From a candidate division WOR-3 bacterium (lineage in GTDB: Bacteria; Hydrothermota; Hydrothermia; JBDRYB01): a stretch of 42,006 bases of DNA. Below, piece by piece: positions 19,579 through 27,426 of this stretch (within the stretch, counting starts at the first letter, position 1; every line of letters starts with the position of its first letter). The notes beneath the pieces were generated by a model. It did no database searches. It saw nothing but the letters and a program-made list of their open reading frames with translations, and was not told the origin of the DNA. The DNA is taken from positions 1-42,006 of the forward strand of contig JBMFOM010000004.1 of NCBI GenBank assembly GCA_049969615.1, written 5' to 3'. Both the position numbers and the translations under genes were made by a program.

Positions 19579-20241
19579 CTGCACAAGATAGTTGAAATAG
19601 CCTTCTTTCTATGTGGCGCTGTCTGCCACCAGTTGCCGGCGCATTCCCTTCACCCTGGTGGACACCAGCTTCCCCTCTGCGCCCGTTGCACGGGAATCCA
19701 CTTCGGCCTATGGGCAGGTTTCTACTTCCTGTTGGTCCTCAGGAGACGTAAGCTTGGAATAGTGCCGAATTGGAAGGTCGCTATCGCGATAGCGGTCTCG
19801 CTTGCGATTATGGCTGGGGATGTTCTGACAGGCTTACAGGGATGGCAGGCTGCGGCCAACGAGCGAAGGCTAGCCACTGGACTCTTGACCGGTTATTCCC
19901 TGGCCTTGCTTATGGGGCCAGTGCTCGCGGGCATAAACAGGAACGAGGCCACGAAATCAAACCTGGGTTGGGCTGATCTGGGCTTGGGCGCGTTTCTGGT
20001 CGCGTGTCTGTGGCCATTACTGTTTTATACGCCTGGGTGGATGTCATATCCCCTCACTATCTTTGAGGGCCTTTCGGTCATAGGGGCATACGCTGTTGTT
20101 TGGGGAGTCCTGATCGCCTACACGACATTCGCGGCCAGAAATAGACCCATTCCCTGGTGGCTATGGATAGGCGGAGGGGTAATAGTATCGTTAATACAGG
20201 CTGTTCTTATGGGAGCGTTGAGAATCAGGCTGGGCATATAG
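19579..20241 (+). CDS. DUF2085 family membrane protein (start uncertain: CTG 19579 or ATG 19561)
   Basis: VCHQLPAHS..GGHQLPLCARCTGI motif; multiple TM helices. Confidence 0.85.
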   Translation: MHKIVEIAFFLCGAVCHQLPAHSLHPGGHQLPLCARCTGIHFGLWAGFYFLLVLRRRKLGIVPNWKVAIAIAVSLAIMAGDVLTGLQGWQAAANERRLATGLLTGYSLALLMGPVLAGINRNEATKSNLGWADLGLGAFLVACLWPLLFYTPGWMSYPLTIFEGLSVIGAYAVVWGVLIAYTTFAARNRPIPWWLWIGGGVIVSLIQAVLMGALRIRLGI

Positions 20242-20243
20242 GG

Positions 20244-21065
20244 ATGCTAGTCTCAGAGGCAATACAGGCACTTGAGCTGTATCTCGCGGGAAGAGCGGAA
20301 CCGGCGAGGGAGGCATATTATATAATAACCGAGCTCCTCGCGGACGCGGGAGAAACCTCTCGGCTAGTAACGGAGATACCGGACTCCATGTTTAGGAAGG
20401 CCGTGAGGATTGCAAAAAGGAGGGCAAGGGGGGAACCAATCCAGTATATATTCAGGAGGGCCTACTTCATGGATATGGTGCTCAGGGTAAAGAAAGGGAT
20501 ATTCATACCCAGGCCGGAAACCGAAGTGCTGGCACTGGTGGCGGGTGAACTTTATCCAAAGGACTCTGAGATAAGAATATGGGATATAGGAACGGGAACG
20601 GGCTGTCTGGCAATATATCTGGCGAGGCACTATGGAAAATCCACAGTCATAGCTTCGGATATAAGCGGAAAAGCGCTCAAAATCGCCAGGGAAAATGCTA
20701 ACAGCTACGGGGTATCCGGGAGAATAAGCTTTGTAAAGGCCAATGGGACAAAAGCCGCTAGAGACACCTATCATTTGGTTGTATCCAACCCACCATACAT
20801 ACGGACAGAAGAGTTGAAAGACCTGCCGCGGGATGTGCTCATGGAACCCGCCGAGGCGCTTTGTGGAGGAGAGGATGGCGCGGCGCTCTCAAAGGAGATA
20901 ATACTCAATCATCACCTTGTTCCGGGTGGATGGGTTGTCCTGGAGACAAGTCCGTTCATAGCAGAAGCTGTCTTGAGGTTCGCCAGAGAACACGGGTTTC
21001 AGGCCGAGGTGTTGCCGGATCTCTCAGGGTTTCCGAGGGTCATAAGGGCACAATGGAATGGATAA
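20244..21065 (+). CDS. prmC: Release factor glutamine methyltransferase PrmC/HemK
   Basis: RRARGEPIQYI, IFIPRPETE, DIGTGTG, VSNPPYI. Confidence 0.95.
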   Translation: MLVSEAIQALELYLAGRAEPAREAYYIITELLADAGETSRLVTEIPDSMFRKAVRIAKRRARGEPIQYIFRRAYFMDMVLRVKKGIFIPRPETEVLALVAGELYPKDSEIRIWDIGTGTGCLAIYLARHYGKSTVIASDISGKALKIARENANSYGVSGRISFVKANGTKAARDTYHLVVSNPPYIRTEELKDLPRDVLMEPAEALCGGEDGAALSKEIILNHHLVPGGWVVLETSPFIAEAVLRFAREHGFQAEVLPDLSGFPRVIRAQWNG

Positions 21066-21688
21066 ACGAGAAGGGTTATTACGAGCTTGTCGGCATTGAG
21101 CGCTTTAGGGCCTATTTCTCAACGAGGATAGGTTTCCCTCCGGTTGGAAATTTCATAAGCCTGAACCAACTTCACACGGGTATAGTTCAGGTGGCACCGA
21201 TAGAGCCTGATACCACTGGAGACGCTATTATCACGAATAGAGAGGGGATATTCATCGCGATAAGAACCGCGGATTGCGGATCGGTATTTCTGTTTGATGA
21301 GGAAAACCATGCGCTCGGCCTGGCTCACGCTGGCTGGCGCGGCGCGCTGACAGGGGTTCATCTGAACGCAATTGAGGCAATGGGCCGGTTCTACGGGACG
21401 CGACCGTCCGACCTCATGGTCGCAATGGGACCGATGATTTGTGGGAGGTGCTACAGGGTTGGCGATGATGTGGCCCGACTTTTTCCCGGATTCACAACCG
21501 CAAGGCGCGGGAGCTGGTTCCTTGACCTTCCAAGATACTTGGTTCAATCGTTGATTGAAGCAGGTATAAAACAGGATAATATGATTCTCCCTCCAACCTG
21601 CACCGCGGAGGATCATTGGCTTTGGTCAGCCAGACGGGATGGCTCGGTCGGGAGAAACTGGGCACTGGCATGCATAGGTTTATACTGA
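21053..21688 (+). CDS. pgeF: YfiH/PgeF family protein (purine nucleoside phosphorylase / laccase domain)
   Basis: QLHT, GDAIIT, TADC, AHAGWRG, GPMICGRCYRVG, CT..SARR. Confidence 0.9.
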   Translation: MEWINEKGYYELVGIERFRAYFSTRIGFPPVGNFISLNQLHTGIVQVAPIEPDTTGDAIITNREGIFIAIRTADCGSVFLFDEENHALGLAHAGWRGALTGVHLNAIEAMGRFYGTRPSDLMVAMGPMICGRCYRVGDDVARLFPGFTTARRGSWFLDLPRYLVQSLIEAGIKQDNMILPPTCTAEDHWLWSARRDGSVGRNWALACIGLY

Positions 21689-22770
21689 TAGTTGGGCTAG
21701 GGCTATTGCTCTCCTGCTCCAGGAAACCGCCAGAGCGCTATCTGCTTTTTACAGGTTCGCTTTCTGGTTATCTGGAGGCCTGCTCCTGCCCCGGAACACC
21801 TGAAGGGGGACTCAACGCGGCCACACACCTGGCAAAGGAATTCAGAAAAAAGCATCCTGACGCTCTTCTAGTTGATGCAGGCTGTTTTACTTCCGATACA
21901 ACGGATACACTGAACACCTGGTTCATGACAAGGGGCATGATAACAGCTGGATACGACGCGGTAGCGATTGGTGTCTGCGACACACAGGATAAATATGCTG
22001 GCCTGTGGAACAGCCTGCCGGTTCTGGATGAAAAAAGGCCCTGGGTGGTCATAAGGGGTATTCTCTTGGTCAGGGTAATGGATGAAAGGCCACCCGACCT
22101 ATCCGGCGCCCATTCTTATGACTACACTGTATTCCTGTCATCAGCCGGCAGGGAAACCGACGAGGCCTTGGCAAGGAACCATGGCCCGGACGCCATAATA
22201 GAGGCAAGGGGAGAATTCCAGTCATTCAACATTGGAAAAACACTCATAGTCCCATCGGTCCCAAGAGGAATGTCCCTTGGGGTTCTGAAACTGAGAGCGG
22301 AGGGCGCGGAGGCCTGGTTCATACCGGTAAAACCGGAGACACCGACCGATCCGGAGGTCAACATGGTTCTTGACGAATACAATCAGGCTTACAGGGCACA
22401 TATCCAGAGGATCGGGGCAAAGATGAGCTTCCGCGGGCCAGGGTTCTGCAAGTTCTGTCACAAGGAAGAATATGAGGTTTGGAAGGCCTCGGAACACGCG
22501 CACGCTTTTGAGACCCTGGTTGAGGACGGGAGAGTTGACAACCCCTGGTGTCTTATCTGTCACACAACGGGTTTTGGCAAGGGAGGATTTGTTGACCCAG
22601 AAAAAACTCCACAACTAGTCGGCATAACCTGCGAGGCATGTCATCCGGGGGGCAAGTGCCCGGAAAACCCACCGCCAAAGGGGAATCTCTCCGAGTGCAG
22701 GGTTTGCCACACCCCGGATCAAAGCCCAGGGTTCAACGAATCCAGATACTGGCAGAAGATAAAGCATTGA
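21670..22770 (+). CDS. Lipoprotein: UshA/metallophosphoesterase-like N-terminus plus tetraheme c554-like cytochrome domain
   Basis: LLLSC lipobox; GYLEACSC..GGL, LLVDAG, GYDAVAIG; four CxxCH motifs (CKFCH, CLICH, CEACH, CRVCH). Confidence 0.85.
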   Translation: MHRFILIVGLGLLLSCSRKPPERYLLFTGSLSGYLEACSCPGTPEGGLNAATHLAKEFRKKHPDALLVDAGCFTSDTTDTLNTWFMTRGMITAGYDAVAIGVCDTQDKYAGLWNSLPVLDEKRPWVVIRGILLVRVMDERPPDLSGAHSYDYTVFLSSAGRETDEALARNHGPDAIIEARGEFQSFNIGKTLIVPSVPRGMSLGVLKLRAEGAEAWFIPVKPETPTDPEVNMVLDEYNQAYRAHIQRIGAKMSFRGPGFCKFCHKEEYEVWKASEHAHAFETLVEDGRVDNPWCLICHTTGFGKGGFVDPEKTPQLVGITCEACHPGGKCPENPPPKGNLSECRVCHTPDQSPGFNESRYWQKIKH

Positions 22771-22776
22771 TAATCC

Positions 22777-22817
22777 GAGACCTCTGACAAAGTAGCAATA
22801 ACTTACTGGTTGGGGGC
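22777..22817. mobile_element. Partial MITE copy (GAGACC end)
   Basis: gagacctctgacaaagtagcaataacttactggttggggg is nearly the reverse complement of 25810-25850. Confidence 0.8.
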
Positions 22818-22988
22818 TAAACCCTCTCCGGGCTTCAGAATAGGCGGAGTCCACTACACCGGCTCCGAGCTTATAGACGAGTGGTTTAAGGGTGCCCATG
22901 ATCTTGAACCGTATCTTGACGCTGATTCGCTTTGCCGGCCTATCTGTCCAGGAACCACCGGGGGAATGTTTCGTGTTCTGACCACGGT

Positions 22989-23024
22989 CAAATACTTGTT
23001 CCTGCACAGGAAATGGATTACAAT
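22989..23024 (+). promoter_or_regulatory. Conserved promoter module copy (znuA), containing the palindrome TTCCTG-CA-CAGGAA
   Basis: CAAATAC TTGTTC CTGCACAGGAAATGGAT TACAAT, 6 nt before ATG 23031. Confidence 0.75.
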
Positions 23025-23030
23025 TTCAAC

Positions 23031-23849
23031 ATGAGGAAATTTTTGGCTATACTCGTGCTTGCTTTGTCTTGTCAGAATGAGCATAGCGCGCCAATCGTTG
23101 CCACCATATATCCCTTGACCTCCATAACCATGGCCATAGCTGGCGATGAATTCCGGGTGATCGGCATTGTCCCGCCGGGCGCAAACCCTCATGCATACGA
23201 GCCAACGCCAAAAAATGTGGCCGCGCTATCGGGCGCGAGGGTCGTCATCTACGCCGGGCCGCTTATGGAGCCGTGGGTTCCGAGAACTGGCACAAAGGCT
23301 ATTCTGGTTGATGCGTCTGCGGCTGGTAAGATGCTCGTAAATGATCCGCATGTCTGGCTTGATCCGGAAAGAGGAAAGCTGATAGCCAGTTCGGTAGCGG
23401 TCGCGCTCTCCGAGGCCTGGCCAGAGAAAAAAGAAGTGTTCCAAAACAACCTTACCAGTTTCAACGCCCGCGTTGACAGCTTTGACACCTGGTTTAGGTC
23501 AGAGCTCTCCTCGGTCAAAGACAGGAGGTTCGTTTCGGTTCACCCCGCTTGGAGGTATCTTGCCGCTCGCTACGGCCTTCTGGAGGTTGCCAGCCTGGGA
23601 GCAGGAGAAGGCGGAGAAGTATCCCCGATGACCCTCACCACCACCATAGAAACCATGAAGAGGGAGGATGTCCACGCGGTCTTTGGCGAGCTGGGTTCCT
23701 CTTCGCCCTACACCAGGACTCTGGAGTATGAAGCCGGTGCGAAAGTGGCCAGGCTTGACCCTATAGGAAACCCTGGTGACACGGCCAGAGACGACTATGT
23801 TGACCTCCTCTATTACAACGGGAGGGAAATCATCAGGGTTCTGAAATGA
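23031..23849 (+). CDS. znuA: Zn/Mn ABC transporter substrate-binding lipoprotein
   Basis: MRKFLAILVLALSC lipobox; NPHAYEP, DPHVWLDP, HPAWRYLA. Metal specificity cannot be determined from sequence alone. Confidence 0.9.
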   Translation: MRKFLAILVLALSCQNEHSAPIVATIYPLTSITMAIAGDEFRVIGIVPPGANPHAYEPTPKNVAALSGARVVIYAGPLMEPWVPRTGTKAILVDASAAGKMLVNDPHVWLDPERGKLIASSVAVALSEAWPEKKEVFQNNLTSFNARVDSFDTWFRSELSSVKDRRFVSVHPAWRYLAARYGLLEVASLGAGEGGEVSPMTLTTTIETMKREDVHAVFGELGSSSPYTRTLEYEAGAKVARLDPIGNPGDTARDDYVDLLYYNGREIIRVLK

Positions 23850-24568
23850 ACGCGGTCAGCGTGCGCAACCTGAACGTTGAGCTTAGTGGAAGAATGGTTC
23901 TTTCCGAGATAAACATGGAGGTCGCGGAGGGATGGATAGTGGGGATAATAGGCCCTAACGGTGGTGGAAAAACGACATTACTCAGGACTATCTTGGGTAT
24001 GGTGAAGCCTTCTTCCGGGGATATAAAGGTCTTTGGCACCAATCCGAAGGACGCGGCGAAAAAAGGCCTGGTGGGATACCTGCCTCAAAGGCAAACCAGG
24101 AGCCTTTTGCCCCTTACCGCTCTTGAAGCGGTTATGATAGGGGGCAAGGTGGACAAAAGTGAGGCAATCGCGGCCCTCCGAACCGTAGGGATGGCTGAAC
24201 ACGCGGGCCGTTCGTTCTGGGAGCTCTCGGGGGGCCAGACACAGAGGGTCTCGCTAGCAAGGGTCATGGTTGGAAAACCCAAGCTCATGCTCCTTGACGA
24301 ACCATCAACTGGAATAGACACTGTGAGCCAGGAGGATTTCTACAAACTGCTTTTGAGGATGAGGGCCGAGACTGGGGTAACCGTGATACTGACCTCCCAC
24401 GATGTGGGCGCTATTTCATCCTATATTGACCAGGTTTTCTGCCTTAACATCAGACTACACCGCCACGGCCCCGCGTCGGCGTGTCTGACCAACCAGCACC
24501 TTTCCGAGCTATATGGCCGAGAAGTGGACATAATAACTCACATGGAACCTGACGATGGGAATCCTTGA
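23846..24568 (+). CDS. znuC: Zn/Mn ABC transporter ATPase
   Basis: GPNGGGKTT, LSGGQTQR, LLDEP, SHD. Confidence 0.92.
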   Translation: MNAVSVRNLNVELSGRMVLSEINMEVAEGWIVGIIGPNGGGKTTLLRTILGMVKPSSGDIKVFGTNPKDAAKKGLVGYLPQRQTRSLLPLTALEAVMIGGKVDKSEAIAALRTVGMAEHAGRSFWELSGGQTQRVSLARVMVGKPKLMLLDEPSTGIDTVSQEDFYKLLLRMRAETGVTVILTSHDVGAISSYIDQVFCLNIRLHRHGPASACLTNQHLSELYGREVDIITHMEPDDGNP

Positions 24569-25346
24569 GTTCTCGTTCGCCAGAAACGCGCTCGCTGGCG
24601 GCTTGATAATGGTCCTTTTTCTGCCCCTCCTGTCTTTCTTTGTGGTCACGAGAAGGCTTTCGTTCACCGGGGTCGGCATATCCCACTCCGCTTTCGGCGG
24701 ACTCGCGCTGGGCGTTCTCCTTGGGATAAATCCGGTCTACGGTGCGGTCTTGGTGAGCATCCTGGTGGCTCTGATAATGGCAGAGGCGGCCCGCCGCGGC
24801 GTCCCTGAGGACACGACCACAGGCATCCTCTTCGCGGGGACAATGGCCATGGGTGCCGTTCTGCTCGCCATAGCGGGCGGCACCAGGGTTGACATTTGGA
24901 CATATCTTTTCGGCAACATTCTGAGCCTCGCGAGTTTTGACCTCGTTCTGCTGGGAATAATCGCACTGTTGAATATGGGATTCCTGCTATTCTTCCTAAA
25001 GAAGCTGCTCTTTTCCACATTTGACCCCGAGCTCGCGGCAGCCCACGGGGTCAGGACAGGGGTCCTGAACACCGCGCTCCTCTTTATACTCGCGCTGTCC
25101 GTTGTCGCGTGCATGAGGGCGGTTGGGGTAGTTTTAATATCGGGACTCCTAGTTTTCCCCGGAGCAATCGGCGCGAGGGTCTCAAAGTCTCATAAAGGCG
25201 GTATCATGTTCTCTTACCTGGCAGGCGCCATAGCAATAATCGGAGGCCTGGGCATCTCTTTCTGGCTAAACCTGCCATCTGGAGCATCAGTAATCCTAGT
25301 CGGGACAATAATATTCCTTCTGTCCCTGGTGTTCTGGAGGAAATAA
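24555..25346 (+). CDS. znuB: Zn/Mn ABC transporter permease
   Basis: ISHSAFGG, YLFGNIL, TFDPELA, VGVVLI. Confidence 0.92.
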   Translation: MGILEFSFARNALAGGLIMVLFLPLLSFFVVTRRLSFTGVGISHSAFGGLALGVLLGINPVYGAVLVSILVALIMAEAARRGVPEDTTTGILFAGTMAMGAVLLAIAGGTRVDIWTYLFGNILSLASFDLVLLGIIALLNMGFLLFFLKKLLFSTFDPELAAAHGVRTGVLNTALLFILALSVVACMRAVGVVLISGLLVFPGAIGARVSKSHKGGIMFSYLAGAIAIIGGLGISFWLNLPSGASVILVGTIIFLLSLVFWRK

Positions 25347-25551
25347 AGGCATGATGAGTCGCACAGCCCCGTTGCTGTGTCCAAGCTCATATTTGACACC
25401 CCCATTTTTTCAATTCGTTTATTGATAAGGAATCCCAAGGATCAAGAGGCAAAATTTCGGCACTAGCTTGGTCTAGAAAGGCCGTTCGGCAGAAGATAAA
25501 TCTGCTCCTTATATCTCTTTGGCATCATGACCTATTTCAATGGCCTCAAAG

Positions 25552-25623
25552 AGCCACCGGAGGGACTTGAACCCACAACCTACGCCTTACGAAGGCGCCG
25601 CTCTGCCGTTGAGCTACGGTGGC
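25552..25623 (-). tRNA. tRNA-Thr(CGT), CCA not encoded
   Basis: GCCACCG TA GCTC AACGGCA GAGC G GCGCC TT CGT AA GGCGT AGGTT GTGGG TTCAAGT CCCTC CGGTGGC T cloverleaf; one U-U mismatch in the T stem. Confidence 0.95.
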
Positions 25624-25663
25624 TCAGGGGCATATTTTAACCCAGTGCGCTGGCTTGTCTCAA

Positions 25664-25850
25664 GAAACCCCTGAAAAATCCCGGTTTGTCCCTCGTCCAT
25701 ATCCGGGAACCTCATCACAGCCAGAAGAGAACCCTGAGTAAATGCCCTCGTGAATGGATTTTTCAGGGAGCTTCTCTTAGAATCCTGTTCCCTCGGACAA
25801 AGTGCTCCTCCCCCAAACCAGTAAGTTATTGCTACTTTATCAAAGGTCTC
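25664..25850. mobile_element. MITE-like dispersed repeat, full copy 3, with 5-bp TSD CTCAA
   Basis: GAAACCCCTGAAAAAT ... CTTTATCAAAGGTCTC; CTCAA at 25659-25663 and 25851-25855. Confidence 0.9.
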
Positions 25851-25898
25851 CTCAATATAAAATGGCGAGGGGAGTGCATCCTAGACGGAAGAGACTTC

Positions 25899-26037
25899 GC
25901 GGCATCGCGGGTGCGGGAACCTATTCCTATGACCTCTGCCTCATAAGGCTCGGCCAGGGTGTTTATCTCTATATGGCAGGGGCCAGAGGGGCAAGGTCGC
26001 GGTGCCGGAATAGGGGCTAATCTCCGCGCCGGGCCGC
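25899..26037 (+). ncRNA. Candidate structured RNA (long rod-like hairpin), family unassigned
   Basis: Nested helices GCGGC/GCCGC, GTGCGG/CCGCGC, CCTATTCC/GGAATAGG, TGACCT/AGGTCG, TGCCTC/GGGGCA, GGCTC/GGGCC, GCCA/TGGC. Confidence 0.45.
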
Positions 26038-26104
26038 AATAAAGTGGCCTTGAAACCGGCTAGCTATCCAATTTATATTTTTCTCGCTTAAAAAGGAGAT
26101 AACA

Positions 26105-27421
26105 ATGTTTGATATCCTTAATTCCCTCATGGCCTCTGGAACAGAGGAACCCAACCTCACGCACATCGTGATGAAGCTGGTGTTCCAGATAGCCATAATC
26201 ATGTTGGTCGCCAAGCTGGCCGGGGAATTCACAGAGAGATTTCTTAAACAACCCTCTGTCCTGGGTGAACTGCTCATAGGCGTCATCATAAGCCCGTTTC
26301 TCCTTGGTCCGTATATCCAGATACCGGGTCTGGGCCCCCTGTTCCCCGTTGAAGGCCACGGCTATGTCCCGGTCTCATCAGAGCTCTACTCCATCGCGCA
26401 GATAGCGGTGATCCTCCTGTTGTTCATGGCCGGCCTGGAGACTGACCTGAAACTCTTCCTTAGATACGCGTTCCCGGCTTTCATAGTTGGCCTGGGAGGC
26501 GTGATATTCTCGTTTGTCTTCGGCCAGGTAACGACATTCTGGATGGGCCACGCGGACAGCTACATGGCCCCAGCGGCTCTTTTCATGGGTGCGATAATGA
26601 CCGCGACCTCCGTTGGGATAACCGCGCGCATACTATCGGAGATGAAGAGGCTCAACACCCCTGAGGGCATAACCATCCTAGGCGCGGCTGTTGTGGATGA
26701 TGTGTTGGGCCTCATAGTCCTCTCGCTGGTGATAGTCATAGCAGAGGCAGAAATGCACGGAGGAGGAATATCCTGGGGCCACCTTGGTTTGGTTAGCCTC
26801 AAGGCATTCGGATACTGGGTCGCGCTCCTCGCGGTTTGGATATTCCTTGCAAGGCCCGTCGCCTGGCTCCTCAGGAAGTTTAGGTCAGAGGGCGCGTGGG
26901 CAGTCCTCATCCTCGCGATATGCTTCTTCTTTGCCGCGTTGTCCGAGGTCTTTGGCCTCGCTATGATAGTCGGCGCATACGCGGTTGGTCTCGCCTTCAG
27001 CCAGACGGATGTGGCCGAGGAGCTGACTGAGAGGATGTCCGGCTTCTACCAGGCCTTTGTCCCCATATTCTTCGTGGTCACCGGGATGATGGTGAACGTA
27101 TTCGCGTTCAAGGAAGTCATCGTGTTCGGTATAATCATAACGGTCCTAGCGATAATCTCCAAGGCCCTGGGTTGCGGCCTGCCAGCCATGACCGTCGGGT
27201 TCAACATCATGGGCGGCGCGAGGGTCGGCGTTGGAATGCTCCCCCGCGGCGAGGTCGCGCTGATAATAGCCTCAATGGGTCTTGCCAGGGGCATAATAAC
27301 CCAGGACATATACGGGGTAGCGATACTGATGACCATGGTCACCACGCTCATGGCGCCCCTGTTCCTGGTTCCCTTGTTCAGGTCAGAGCGAACGGGTACC
27401 TGGAAGAAGAAAAAGGCGTGA
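26105..27421 (+). CDS. Cation:proton antiporter, CPA2 (NapA/Kef-like) family
   Basis: AAGGAG RBS; QPSVLGELLIG, LFMAGLE, ATSVGIT, GAAVVDD, GMLPRGEVALI. Confidence 0.93.
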   Translation: MFDILNSLMASGTEEPNLTHIVMKLVFQIAIIMLVAKLAGEFTERFLKQPSVLGELLIGVIISPFLLGPYIQIPGLGPLFPVEGHGYVPVSSELYSIAQIAVILLLFMAGLETDLKLFLRYAFPAFIVGLGGVIFSFVFGQVTTFWMGHADSYMAPAALFMGAIMTATSVGITARILSEMKRLNTPEGITILGAAVVDDVLGLIVLSLVIVIAEAEMHGGGISWGHLGLVSLKAFGYWVALLAVWIFLARPVAWLLRKFRSEGAWAVLILAICFFFAALSEVFGLAMIVGAYAVGLAFSQTDVAEELTERMSGFYQAFVPIFFVVTGMMVNVFAFKEVIVFGIIITVLAIISKALGCGLPAMTVGFNIMGGARVGVGMLPRGEVALIIASMGLARGIITQDIYGVAILMTMVTTLMAPLFLVPLFRSERTGTWKKKKA

Positions 27422-27426
27422 GAGGA

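Noticed and set aside
22818-22988. Possible small gene or fragment between the partial MITE and znuA
   Set aside because: Open frames exist on both strands, but no RBS or motif could be recognised.
25552-25600. tRNA-Thr as an island attachment site
   Set aside because: No duplicated tRNA 3' end was seen and there is no integrase; the flanking genes are housekeeping.
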